A DNA stretch of 64,000 nt from an uncultured Chloroflexia bacterium (GCA_963828165.1 CAWHDR010000001.1:2720001-2784000); one strand, 5' to 3'. Counted from the first letter of the stretch, positions 28,582 through 40,798 are shown. The notes: generated by a model not told the origin, from the letters alone. Program-made: numbers and translations.

Positions 28582-29010
28582 ATGACTGACCCGACAACCC
28601 CGCAGCACGATCAGCCTGTCGAGGGCTCCCGCGACGAGTCCTACACTCGACCCGACGATGGCAACGTCGGCGGATCGAACGGTTCGTCCGATGCCGGCGC
28701 CAGCGCCAGCGCCAAGGCGACCGACGTGATGGAGACGATCCGCGTAGCCGTCGAAGATTTCGCTGAGAAGGCCGCACCGGTCGTGCGCCAGTTCTCGGTC
28801 AAGGCCGCCGACGTCGTGGCAACTGCAGCCGACAAGGCGGTTCCGCTCGCGCACAAGGCCGGCGACGCCGCGGCCGATGCCAGCGGCAAACTCGCCCAGA
28901 AGTCCCGCGCCTGGGCGGCCGGTACCCGCGCGTCGATGGATGACTACTCCACCGACACCTTCGACACGACGAAGACGACGGACACGACCGAGACGCCGCC
29001 CACGATCTGA
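28582..29010 (+). CDS. Hypothetical Ala/Lys/Asp-rich amphipathic-helix protein
   Basis: GAGGAGG upstream of ATG 28582; repeated KAAP/KAAD/KAVP/KAGD motifs at roughly 11-residue spacing. Confidence 0.7.
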   Translation: MTDPTTPQHDQPVEGSRDESYTRPDDGNVGGSNGSSDAGASASAKATDVMETIRVAVEDFAEKAAPVVRQFSVKAADVVATAADKAVPLAHKAGDAAADASGKLAQKSRAWAAGTRASMDDYSTDTFDTTKTTDTTETPPTI

Positions 29011-29039
29011 GCCACGGTGGCGCCCATATAATCCGCGGC

Positions 29040-29555
29040 ATGTCCGTCCGACCCATCGCCCTGTTGGGCGATCCACGCCTGCGCCTCAAAGGGCTGCCCG
29101 TCGACAGTTTCGGCAGGTACCTGCACGAGCTGCTCGACGACCTCGCCCACACCATGCGCGACGCGCCGGGCGTCGGCCTGGCTGCGCCGCAGCTCGGCGA
29201 AGCCGTCCAGGCTTGCGTCATCGAGGTCGAGGACACGCTCCACGAGCTCGTCAATCCGCGCATCGTCCGCTCCACGGGCGATGACCGCGACCTCGAGGGC
29301 TGCCTGTCGATCCCGGGCTACGTGGCTTATGTCACCCGCCGCGAGAAGGTCTGGGTGGTGGCCCAGAACCGCCACGGCAAGAAGATCAAGGTGGCTGGGT
29401 CGGGGCTCCTCGGCCGGGCGCTGCAGCACGAGCTCGATCACCTCGAGGGCAAGCTCTACATCGACTACCTCGACTCCATGGACGAGCTGATGGCGGTCGA
29501 CGGGAGCAACGAGGACGACGCCGAGGTCCGCGAGGCGACGGGCGCCCTGGCGTGA
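29040..29555 (+). CDS. def: Peptide deformylase
   Basis: GVGLAAPQ, EGCLS, QHELDHL. Confidence 0.97.
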   Translation: MSVRPIALLGDPRLRLKGLPVDSFGRYLHELLDDLAHTMRDAPGVGLAAPQLGEAVQACVIEVEDTLHELVNPRIVRSTGDDRDLEGCLSIPGYVAYVTRREKVWVVAQNRHGKKIKVAGSGLLGRALQHELDHLEGKLYIDYLDSMDELMAVDGSNEDDAEVREATGALA

Positions 29556-30505
29556 ATCCTCGGACCGATGGCCTCCACCGAGCGGCCTCGGTCCTCGGAG
29601 AGTCCCGGCGCGTGCGGACGATCTTCCTTGGGAGTGGCGACTTCGGGCGCGAGAGCCTGCGGCGCCTGAACGAGCACGAGGCGATCGACCTGGTCGGGGT
29701 CGTCACGGCGTCGGGGTCGGTCGTGCAGGGGCTCGCGGATGAACTCGGGATCGAGCGAGTCCTGACGCCAGCGCGCCTCCGCGCTCCGGAGTCGCTCGCG
29801 AGCATCCAGGAGCTCCGGCCTGAGTTGCTGGTCCTCGCCGACTACGGGCAGATCGTCCCGTCCGAGTTGCTGGAGCTGAAGCACGGAGCCTTGAATCTTC
29901 ACCCGTCTCTGCTGCCCCGGCATCGTGGCGCGACGCCGATACCGGCAGCCATCCTTGCCGGCGATGACGAGACCGGGGTCACGCTGATACGCATGGACCG
30001 CGGACTCGATACGGGCCCGATCGTCGCGGTCGAGCGGGGGCCGCTCGATGGCACGGAGATCGCGCCGCAGCTCGAAGCGGACCTCGAGCTGGTCGCGGCG
30101 TATTTGCTCGAAACCAACCTGGGTCCATGGATCGGCGGCGAGCTGGTGCCGCACCCGCAATCGAGCGATGAGGCGGATCTCACCCGAACCCTGCGACGAG
30201 AGGACGGCCGCATCGATCCACGAAAGACGGCCGTCGAGTTGGAGCGCCAAGTCCGCGCATATCAACCATGGCCGGGCTCGTTCGTGGATACGTCGTCGGG
30301 GAGGATCGTCGTCTGGTCGGCAAGAGCCGACGGTACCGGCGGACCGGCCAGCGGCACGTTCGACGAACGCGGCCTCGGCGTCGGCGACGGTGAGCGCCTG
30401 GGCTTCATCGAGGTGCAGCCCGCGGGCGGCAAGCGCATGACCTGGGAAGCGTTCCTGCGCGGGAAGCCATCGATCGTCGGGAGCCGCGTGCTTCCGGGCC
30501 CGTGA
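29552..30505 (+). CDS. fmt: Methionyl-tRNA formyltransferase
   Basis: FLGSGDF, YGQI, NLHPSLLPRHRGA.PI, LDTGP, RAYQPWP, VQPAGGKRM; follows def. Confidence 0.92.
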   Translation: MNPRTDGLHRAASVLGESRRVRTIFLGSGDFGRESLRRLNEHEAIDLVGVVTASGSVVQGLADELGIERVLTPARLRAPESLASIQELRPELLVLADYGQIVPSELLELKHGALNLHPSLLPRHRGATPIPAAILAGDDETGVTLIRMDRGLDTGPIVAVERGPLDGTEIAPQLEADLELVAAYLLETNLGPWIGGELVPHPQSSDEADLTRTLRREDGRIDPRKTAVELERQVRAYQPWPGSFVDTSSGRIVVWSARADGTGGPASGTFDERGLGVGDGERLGFIEVQPAGGKRMTWEAFLRGKPSIVGSRVLPGP

Positions 30506-30529
30506 CCCACCTGCGCTAGCCTTGACCTC

Positions 30530-31717
30530 GTGACGACCGATGCACGACCGGGGCTTTCCGGCCTGACCGCAGACGAACTCGCAGCCTGGGTCGAGGCGCA
30601 GGGTGAGCGGTCGTTCCGCGCCCGGCAGATCGCGGACGCTACCTGGAAGGATGGCGGGGTCACGGACCCCGGTGAGATCCGCACCCTGCCTGCACCCCTT
30701 CGCGCCGCGCTGGAGCGCGACTTCCGCCTGGACACGGTCCACGACTCCGAGCTTCGGATCGCGGATGGTGGGCTGACCGAGAAGGCCCTCCATCGACTCG
30801 ATGACGGCCAGCTCATCGAGTCCGTCCTGATGCACTACCCGGCCCGCGGCTCGTCACGCGAGCGGCACACGCTGTGCCTCTCGAGCCAGGCCGGCTGCGC
30901 CGTGGGTTGTCCGTTCTGTGCCACCGGCGAGCTCGGCCCCGGGCGTGATCTCGAGACCGCCGAGATCGTCGACCAGGCGCGTCACGCCGCTCGCCGCCTC
31001 GCGACGGACGGCAAGCGGCTCACGAACATCGTCTTCATGGGCATGGGCGAGCCGCTGCTGAATCTCGACCGGGTCCTCGCTGCGGTGGAGGCCCTCAACG
31101 ACCCGAAGCGCTTCGGCCTGGGGGCGCGGCACATCACGGTCTCCACGTCGGGCGTGGTGCCGGGCATCCGCCGCCTCACGGCGCTTGGGCCGCAGTTCAC
31201 GCTCGCGATCTCGCTCCACGCTGCGCGCGACGCCCTGCGCGACGTGCTCGTCCCGCTGAACCGGCGTTGGCCGGTGGCGGAGGTCGTCGATGCGGCCCGC
31301 GACCACGCCCGCGCGACCGGCCGGCGGATCAGCTACGAGTACACGATGATCGGGGGCGTGAACGACACGGACCTCGATGCCCAGGCCCTCGCCGACCTCC
31401 TGCGCGGCGACCACGCGCACGTGAACCTCATCCCGATGAATCAGGTCGCGCACACGCCGTGGCAGGCCAGCCCGATGGCGGTCATCGAGACGTTCGCGGC
31501 CGTCCTGATGGAGGCCGGGATCGGCACGACCATCCGGCGTAACCGCGGCCAGGAGGTCGGTGCCGCCTGTGGTCAGCTCGCGGCGGAACGGGCCGGGGAA
31601 CCGCCGGCTCCTGCGGTCGCGCGCCGGCGTGAACGCCTCGAGACCCAGAGCGCCGCCGCGCTGCGGGGTGAGCGGAGCGAGGAGCCGGCCCCGGAATTGG
31701 TCGGCGGCGGGGGATGA
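30530..31717 (+). CDS. rlmN: 23S rRNA A2503 C2 methyltransferase (radical SAM)
   Basis: CAVGCPFC, MGMGEPL, TVSTSG, ISLHA, AACGQL. Confidence 0.95.
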   Translation: MTTDARPGLSGLTADELAAWVEAQGERSFRARQIADATWKDGGVTDPGEIRTLPAPLRAALERDFRLDTVHDSELRIADGGLTEKALHRLDDGQLIESVLMHYPARGSSRERHTLCLSSQAGCAVGCPFCATGELGPGRDLETAEIVDQARHAARRLATDGKRLTNIVFMGMGEPLLNLDRVLAAVEALNDPKRFGLGARHITVSTSGVVPGIRRLTALGPQFTLAISLHAARDALRDVLVPLNRRWPVAEVVDAARDHARATGRRISYEYTMIGGVNDTDLDAQALADLLRGDHAHVNLIPMNQVAHTPWQASPMAVIETFAAVLMEAGIGTTIRRNRGQEVGAACGQLAAERAGEPPAPAVARRRERLETQSAAALRGERSEEPAPELVGGGG

Positions 31718-32709
31718 CCAGCGAGAACCCTGCGGGGCGTGGCACCGGGCGGGCTCGGATCGCCGCGAGCATCCTGGATGCGGATCTCGGGAACCTCGCG
31801 CACGCCGTTCGACGCGTGACCGGAGCGGGCACGGATCGCGTCCACCTCGACGTGATGGACGGCCACTTCGTGCCGAACCTGACCTTCGGGGCAAAGACCA
31901 TCAAGGCACTGCGGCCGCGGACCCAGGTCCCGTTCGACGCGCACCTGATGATCAGCGAGCCCGGCCGCTACATCGAGGAATACCTCGACGCCGGCTGCGA
32001 CTCCGTCACCTTCCACGTCGAGATCGAGGAGCCGATCGCGCCGACGCTCAAGGCCATCCGCGCCGCGGGTCGTGCCGCGGGTCTCGCCGTCAAGCCGGGC
32101 ACCCCGCTGTCGGCGCTCGAGCCCTACGCGAAGTTGCTCGACATCGTCCTGATCATGACCGTCGAGCCTGGCTTCGGTGGCCAGGCGTTCATGAAGGACG
32201 TCCTGGCCGCGAAGGCCGCGGGCGCCCGCGAGCTGCTGCGCCACAAGCTCCACGGCGGCGAGGTCCATGTCGATGGCGGCATCAACCGCGAGACCGCGGA
32301 GTTCGCCGGGTCACAGGGGGTCGACGTCTTCGTGGTCGGCTCGGCGCTGTTCGTCCGCGGTCGGGACATGGGCCGCGAGATCCGCCTCGTCCGGGCGCTG
32401 GCCGACGAGGGCTACCAGTACGGCATCAACGACGGCAAGCCGCCGATCCCACGAGACCGGATGACGCCGATCACGTCGTTGCCGAAGCATCTGGCCCATC
32501 GACTCATGGCCGAGATCGAGGCGACCGGCATCCCGGTGATCATGTTGCGCGGCGACGGGCAGATCAATCCCGACGGCGTCCGCGACTACGACCTGCTCGT
32601 ACCCGCCAACGTGGAGGCCCATGTCAACACGGCCCACGGCGCCTCCCGCGACCGGCTCCTCGCCGAGGCCGACGCCTGGCGGGCGGGCCTGCTGGCCAAG
32701 AAGGGGTGA
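31714..32709 (+). CDS. rpe: Ribulose-phosphate 3-epimerase with about 100-aa C-terminal extension
   Basis: HLDVMDGHFVPNLTFG, DAHLM, MTVEPGFGGQ, VDGGIN, VVGSALF. Confidence 0.95.
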   Translation: MTSENPAGRGTGRARIAASILDADLGNLAHAVRRVTGAGTDRVHLDVMDGHFVPNLTFGAKTIKALRPRTQVPFDAHLMISEPGRYIEEYLDAGCDSVTFHVEIEEPIAPTLKAIRAAGRAAGLAVKPGTPLSALEPYAKLLDIVLIMTVEPGFGGQAFMKDVLAAKAAGARELLRHKLHGGEVHVDGGINRETAEFAGSQGVDVFVVGSALFVRGRDMGREIRLVRALADEGYQYGINDGKPPIPRDRMTPITSLPKHLAHRLMAEIEATGIPVIMLRGDGQINPDGVRDYDLLVPANVEAHVNTAHGASRDRLLAEADAWRAGLLAKKG

Positions 32710-33152
32710 GGGCGCTCCTCCAGCGCACGACGGGCGCAACGGTGGCGGTGGCCGGTGACGTCGTGGGGGCGATCGATGGCGGCCTCGTCGTGCTGCTCGG
32801 CGTGGGGCCGGCGGACGACGAAACGACGGCGGATGCGTTGGCCCGCCGGATCGTCGAGCTGCGCATCTTCCGCGACGCCGAGGGACGCACGAACAGCTCG
32901 CTGATGGACGTCGGTGGCGCGGTCCTGCTGGTCTCGCAGTTCACGCTTTTCGCGGACACGCGGCGCGGCCGGCGGCCCGGGTTCACGGGCGCGGCGGCGC
33001 CCGAGCAGGCCGAGCGACTCTACGAGCGCGTCGCGACCGCCCTACGAGCCCTGGGCGTGGACGTCGCGACGGGGCGGTTCGGTCAGGAGATGGCGGTCCA
33101 GCTCACGAACGACGGCCCGTTCACGATCTGGCTCGACACAGACGACCGATGA
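32706..33152 (+). CDS. dtd: D-aminoacyl-tRNA deacylase
   Basis: (M)RALLQR, LRIF, SQFTL, NDGPFT; GTGA overlap with rpe. Confidence 0.95.
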   Translation: MRALLQRTTGATVAVAGDVVGAIDGGLVVLLGVGPADDETTADALARRIVELRIFRDAEGRTNSSLMDVGGAVLLVSQFTLFADTRRGRRPGFTGAAAPEQAERLYERVATALRALGVDVATGRFGQEMAVQLTNDGPFTIWLDTDDR

Positions 33153-33159
33153 CATGCAA

Positions 33160-33186
33160 CGACCGGGCACCACGTGGGCCCGGTCG
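33160..33186. terminator. Hairpin between convergent dtd and rpmB
   Basis: CGACCGGGC..GCCCGGTCG 9-bp stem. Confidence 0.55.
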
Positions 33187-33225
33187 AGAAGCGGCGAGGC
33201 GATCAGCGGGCGACGGCCCGCGACG

Positions 33226-33423
33226 CTACTGGGATGCCTTGAGCAGCGTGCGGCGGCAGCGGGTGCAGACCAGGGACTTGGTCGGCGAGCCCTTCACGTC
33301 GATGACGAGCGGCTGCAGGTTGGGCTGCATGCGGCGATGAGCTCGGACGCGGTTCATGCCCGACGACTGCGGGTTGAAACCGCCCATCGAAGCCTTGCCG
33401 CAGATCGCGCAGGAGCGGGCCAT
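33226..33423 (-). CDS. rpmB: 50S ribosomal protein L28
   Basis: MARSCAICGK..RR..PNLQ..VCTRC; divergent from asp23-fakA. Confidence 0.93.
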   Translation of the reverse strand: MARSCAICGKASMGGFNPQSSGMNRVRAHRRMQPNLQPLVIDVKGSPTKSLVCTRCRRTLLKASQ

Positions 33424-33584
33424 GCGTATCCTCAGAGATCGTGTCAGATGGAGCGCGCGGGCAGGTCTGCCCGAACGGGGCGGTATGATAGCACACGCTC
33501 CCGGCCGCTCCGCCGAGGCGGTCGAGGGACCGACCATCGCTCGAGCAGCGCCCGACCCCGCTCCCGCAGGGAGGACCAGCCCGC

Positions 33585-34007
33585 GTGGCCATCCGTCCGA
33601 CACCCGGCCGATCCCTCGTCACCGGTCGCGCCATCGCCGACATCGTGCGCTCCGCGACCCTTGGGTCGTACGGAGTCAGCGCGTTCGCCGGTGGACCCGT
33701 CGGGCGCCTGCTTGCCCGGCTCGGCTTCCGGCAACCGGGCCTGACGATCCGGATCGAGGACGGCATCGAGATCGACCTCGACCTCGAGGTCGCGCTCGGC
33801 GTCCCGGTCGCAGAGGTCGCCCGCCAGGTCGACTCCGCGGTCCGCTACGCCGTGCAGTCAGCATTGGGGCAGCCGGTCGGCCGCATCGTCATCCACATCG
33901 GTGGGCTCCATGTCCCCGCCGACGGTGCCGTCCCGTCCGGGCCGGCAGCGCTGCCGACCGGCATCCGTCCGCGCGATCTCGCCGACAGCGGGACGGACGT
34001 CGCCTAG
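33585..34007 (+). CDS. Asp23/Gls24 family protein (YloU-like)
   Basis: AIADIV..ATLGSYGV..IDLDLEVALGVPVAEVA; upstream of DAK2 gene. Confidence 0.85.
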   Translation: MAIRPTPGRSLVTGRAIADIVRSATLGSYGVSAFAGGPVGRLLARLGFRQPGLTIRIEDGIEIDLDLEVALGVPVAEVARQVDSAVRYAVQSALGQPVGRIVIHIGGLHVPADGAVPSGPAALPTGIRPRDLADSGTDVA

Positions 34008-35722
34008 ATGGCCCGTCGGGCTTGCGACGGGAGCGGTCTGCTCGACGCGTTCCGCGCGGCCGTCGCCAATCTCGAGGCGCACGTCGGCGAGATCAACGGC
34101 TTGAACGTCTACCCGGTGCCCGACGGTGACACCGGGTCGAACATGTACGCGACCGTCAAGGCGGCCCTGGACGAAGCGGAGGCGGTCGCCGATCAACCGG
34201 CCGACCGCATCGCGGCCGCGATCAGCTTCGGGGCGCTGATGGGCGCCCGCGGCAACTCCGGCGTCATCACCAGCCAGATCTTCCGGGGCATGGCCGATGG
34301 CCTCGGCGGAAAGCGTCGCTTCAACGGGCTGGACCTGGCCCACGCCCTCTCCGAGGGTGCCCGGACCGCCTACGGGGCGGTCGCCAAGCCGGTCGAAGGG
34401 ACGATCCTCACGGTCATCCGCGAATCGGCGGTGGCCGCGGTCGAGGCGGCCGAGCATGACAACGACATCGAAGCCGTCCTTGGCGCGACGCTGGCCGGCG
34501 CCGAACGGTCGGTGGCGAAGACGCCGACCCTCCTCGCGATCCTGCGCGAGGCGGGCGTCGTCGACGCGGGTGGGCAAGGCCTGTATCGGCTGTTCCAGGG
34601 GGCGTTGCTGCACTTGCTCGGTCAGGCACCGGTCACGACCGGTCACCGTCGTGCCGCGGCTGGGGCCAAGCCATCCACCCTCGTCGCGCATGCCGACGAG
34701 GGCTTTGGTTACGAGACGATGTTCCTGCTCCAGGCCGTCGGTCGCACGCCGCTCGACCTCGACGCGATCCGCGATCACCTCGAGACGATCGGGGAATCGG
34801 TGCTCGTCGCCGGCGACGGCCGTGCGCTCAAGGTCCACGTCCACAACGAGCGGCCGGACCTCGTGATCGGTTACGGGCTCGGGTTGGGGTCGATGAGCCG
34901 GATCAGCGTGGAGAATCTCGACAACCAGGCTCGCGACGTGCGTGAGACGCGGGCGGCAGCCTTCACCGGCGGCCCGGGTCTGGATGGCACGGCCCCGGCC
35001 GGCGCCGCGGTCGTCGACGAGCAGCCCGACGCGCCCAGCACCGCCCCGACCGACGGCGCGAATGCCCCGGCCCTTGCGGTCATCGCGGTCGCGGCGGGGG
35101 ATGGCCTGGCCGCGACCTTCCGGGATTTCGGGGCGGCCGTCGTCCAGGGCGGCCAGTCCGCCAATCCGAGTACCGGCGAGCTCCTCGACGCCGTCGAAGG
35201 CGGTCCAGGCGCGACGAGGTCCTGCTGCTGCCCAACAACCCCAACGTCGTGCTCGCGGCTCGCCAGGTGGCCGGGATGAGCGATCGGCCGGTCTCGGTCG
35301 TCCCGACCCGCAACGCCGCCGAAGGGTTCGCGGCGCTGCTGGCGCTGGACCCCGGGATGGACGCGACGGCCAACGTGGGACCCATGACCGAAGCCGCCCG
35401 GGCGATCCAGAGCCTCGTCGTCACCGAGGCGGTCCGCGATGCCAAGATCGGCGGGCGGAAGGTCAAGCGCGGCCAGACGATCGCGCTCGACCCCGACGAT
35501 GGGCTGATCGCCGTCGACAGCGACCGCCAGAAATGCGTCCTCGCCGCGATGAAGGCGCTGACTCCCGGGTACGAGCTCGTCACGGTCTTCTACGGCGACG
35601 GTGCGGACCTCACCGAGGCGGAGGCGATGGCCCGCCTGATCGGCGCCGCCAGCTCCGGAGCCGAGATCGAGGTCCGGCACGGTGGCCAGCCCTTCTACCG
35701 GTACCTGATCTCGGCGGAATAG
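34008..35722 (+). CDS. fakA: DAK2-domain fatty acid kinase subunit A (YloV); frameshift near 35198-35212
   Basis: NVYPVPDGDTGSNM, GARGNSGVI, KPVEGTILTV, GGQSANPST; then LLPNNPNV..GGQPFYRYLISAE in another frame. Confidence 0.92.
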
Positions 35723-35730
35723 GGCGGGCG

Positions 35731-37925
35731 ATGGCACGGTCCGCGCCCGCCAGGAAGGCTCCACCTGCCGTCCCCCCGCCGGTGGACCCGGCCGAGCTGC
35801 TCGAGACCCCGCTCGCCAAGTCCGGCTTGGCCGCCGGCGCCCAGCTTCGTCGCGCCGGGATCCGCCTCGACTTCTACACCGTCCGCGACCTCCTGTTCCA
35901 CCTCCCGCGCCGCTACGACGATCTGCGCGAGATGCGGTTGATCCGTGACCTGTACATGGAGCAGGACGGCGCCGTGGTCTCGGTCCAGGCGACCGTCGGC
36001 GACGTGCGGGTCGAGCCCGGGTTCCGGGGCCGGATCCAGCGCACGATCGCCCGGCTGGAGGACGACACCGGTAGCGTCGACGCGACGTGGTTCGGACGGC
36101 GCTTCATCGAGCGCCGGTTGCCGGTCGGCGGCGAGGTCGTCGTGTCGGGGAAGATCAAGCACTTCGGGCGTCGGCTGACGCTCGACAACCCCGAGTTCCA
36201 GGTCCTGACCGGCGAAACGGAGGTCCTCCACGCCGGCCGGATCGTGCCGGTCTACCCGCTGACTGCCGGCCTGCCCGCGGCCCGGCTGCGGTCGGCGATC
36301 CGCGAGGCGCTCGACAAGGCCGGTCACGCCTACCCCGAGTACCTGCCTGCCTCGATCCTCGCCGAGGAGCGACTCGTGCCGATCGCCCGGGCCATCGAGG
36401 AGGCGCATTACCCCGAGACGTTCGAGGGTCGTGACGCCGCCCTCGAAAGGCTGGCGTTCGATGAGCTCCTGGCCCTCCAGCTCGGGATGGTCCAGCGCCG
36501 GCGCCAGCGGGTCCGCGACGCTGCGCCGATCGTGACCCTCGATGCGGACCTGGACGAGGCCGTACGGACAGCGCTGGTGGACGCGATCGGAGCGCAGGGT
36601 GGGGCAACCGATCGAGCTGACCGTGGACCAGGACTCGGCGATGGCCGCGATCCGCGAGGACCTGGCGCGACCGACGCCGATGCTCCGCCTCCTGCAGGGC
36701 GACGTCGGGCTCGGGCAAGACCGCGGTGGCCGCGTACGCGCTGGCCGCCACGGCTCGGGCAGGACTCCAGGGGGCCCTCCTGGCGCCGACCGATCTGCTC
36801 GCGCGGCAGCACCTCGAGACGGTCGGCGCCCTGCTCGACGGGGTCGGGATCGGCGTGACGCTGCTGACCGGCTCGCTCAAACCGGGGGCGAAGGCCAAGG
36901 CGCTGCAGTCCATCGCGTCGGGCCAGGCGCTCGTGGTCGTCGGCACGCACGCGCTCATCCAGGAGGCGGTCACGTTCGCCGATCTTGGCCTCGTGATCAT
37001 CGACGAGCAGCATCGCTTCGGTGTGGATCAGCGCGGACAGCTGGAGTCCAAGGCCGGGGGCCGCTCCCCGCATGTGCTGCTGATGACCGCCACGCCGATC
37101 CCGCGAACGCTGGGCCAGGTCCTCTATGCCGACCTCGATGTCTCCGACCTGCGCACGCCGCCGGCCGGACGGGTGCAGATCCGCACCGGCATCCGACGCC
37201 CCTCGGAGCTCGAGGGGACCTGGCGCAAGATTCGCGACGAGGCGGCACTCGGGCACTCGACGTTCGTCGTGGTCCCGCTGATCGAAGAGGGCGCCGACGA
37301 GACCGAGGGCGCGGTCGCCGCCGAGTCCGAGGCGGTCCGGCTGAGCGCGCTGCTCGACCCGCTCCGGGTGGGCATGGTCCACGGCCGGATGAAGCCCGCC
37401 GAGCGAGACGCCGAAATGACCCGGTTCCGGGACGGGGAGCTGGACGTGCTGGTGGGGACGACCGTCGTGGAGGTCGGGGTCGATGTCCCGGCCGCGACGA
37501 TGATGGTCATCCAGGGCGCCGACCGCTTCGGGCTGGCCCAGCTGCATCAGTTGCGCGGCCGAGTCGGTCGCGGCTCCGTGGAGTCGTTTTGCGTCCTGGT
37601 GTCGGACTCCGCCGACGAGGTGGCCCAGGCCCGACTCAAGGCCGTCGCGGAGACGCACGACGGGTTCGCCCTGGCCGAGAAGGACTTCGAATTGCGCAAG
37701 GAAGGCAACGTCCTGGGCCTCGCCCAGAGCGGCTTTCCGAGGCTGCGGGTCGCGTCGCTCCAGGAAGCCGCCCACCGCGACCTCGCGGTGCGAGCGCGGG
37801 CCCACGCGGAGTCCATCCTCGACGCGGACGGACGCATGGAGCCTCCTCGACCCGAACTCGCCGCGGAGCTGGAACGTGGCTGGCTCCGCCACCTCGTGGC
37901 CGCGGAACCGGCGAGCGGCACATGA
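35731..37925 (+). CDS. recG: ATP-dependent DNA helicase RecG; extra bases near 36589 and 36708
   Basis: LLFHLPRRY, IVPVYP, RLAFDEL; RLLQGDVG(SGKT); DEQHRFG, MTATPIPRT, QLHQLRGRVGRG across three frames. Confidence 0.94.
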
Positions 37926-37929
37926 TCGC

Positions 37930-38156
37930 CTGTCGCGTGCGTGGGACGTACCTTCCGGCCAACGAGGCCTGGACCGAGCCAGGTCGAGGCCACGCCGGTC
38001 GCATGGCGTGCATGGGACGCGCCTATCGGCGAACGAAGGGTCGATCCGAGCGTCTCATTCGCCCGGGAGTGCACCACAAGCACACATCCACGCCGATTCA
38101 GCGCGTCCGGACGCCTCGTTCGTCGATACGGTCGTGGGGTGCACATCGCGCGACAG
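37930..38156. repeat. Intergenic imperfect 227-nt fold-back with internal degenerate direct repeat
   Basis: Five nested complementary segments; GCGTGCRTGGGACG at 37935 and 38006. Confidence 0.65.
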
Positions 38157-38189
38157 ATGGGAAACGGGCGGCCAGAAGCGCGTGTTCGC

Positions 38190-39903
<1,714 letters not shown>

Positions 39904-39913
39904 CGCCGGGCCG

Positions 39914-40471
39914 ATGAGCGCCCCGGCCGACGACGAGCCGTTTCTCTGGAACGTCGCCGGGCTTCTCGGCGACGCGGTCGGGGCCGATCGCCACTACGAC
40001 GTCGCGGATGCCCGGGTGGAGCTGCCGGACGAGCTCACCCTCGCCGAGCCCATCGCCGGTCGCGTCCGGCTGACGCACACGAACCGCGGCATCCTCGCGC
40101 GGGCGAACCTCCGTACGGCCCTCGCGATGGAGTGCGTGCGCTGCCTCCGTCCGACGACCGTGCCCCTGGAGCTGGCGATCGAGGACGAGTTCCTGCCATC
40201 GCTCGACATCGCGACGGGCAAACCCGTGGCCGCCGACGATGAGCCCGAAGTGCTCCGGCTGAACGATCACCACGAGCTCGACCTCGCGCCGTCGGTGCGC
40301 GATGCGATCTCGCTGGCCGAGCCGATCGCCCCGCTCGACCGACCGGACTGCCCCGGCCTGTGCCCGATCTGCGGCCTGCCGCTCGACGAGGGCACGCACG
40401 ACCACCCGAGCGACGACATCGACCCGCGGCTCGAGGCGCTGCGCGAGTTCCGGCCCGAAGGCAAGGACTGA
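39914..40471 (+). CDS. yceD: YceD/DUF177 family protein
   Basis: ECVRCL, LDL, DCPGLCPICG, DPRLEAL; precedes rpmF. Confidence 0.92.
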   Translation: MSAPADDEPFLWNVAGLLGDAVGADRHYDVADARVELPDELTLAEPIAGRVRLTHTNRGILARANLRTALAMECVRCLRPTTVPLELAIEDEFLPSLDIATGKPVAADDEPEVLRLNDHHELDLAPSVRDAISLAEPIAPLDRPDCPGLCPICGLPLDEGTHDHPSDDIDPRLEALREFRPEGKD

Positions 40472-40588
40472 CGAGTCCCCCGGTTTCGCGGTAGACTCCG
40501 CGCTCGGTGCGGCCCGGCGCCATCCATCCCGCGCGCCTGACATCGCGGTGCCGCGCCACGACATACGACACAAGGAGCCCACGACCCC

Positions 40589-40798
40589 ATGGGTGTACCC
40601 AAGCGACGCGTCTCGCACGCCCGCCAGGGCGAGCGCCGCTCGCACCTCGCGATCGACCTGCCCAAGCTCGAGGAGTGTCCGCACTGCCACGAGATGAAGC
40701 TGCCCCACCGCGTCTGTCCCAACTGCGGCTACTACCAGGGTCGCCTTGCGGTCCCGCCCAAGCCGGCCGGCGGCCCCACCGACGACGCCCCCCGCTGA
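40589..40798 (+). CDS. rpmF: 50S ribosomal protein L32
   Basis: VPKRRVSHAR..RRSH, CPHC..HRVCPNCGYY. Confidence 0.97.
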   Translation: MGVPKRRVSHARQGERRSHLAIDLPKLEECPHCHEMKLPHRVCPNCGYYQGRLAVPPKPAGGPTDDAPR

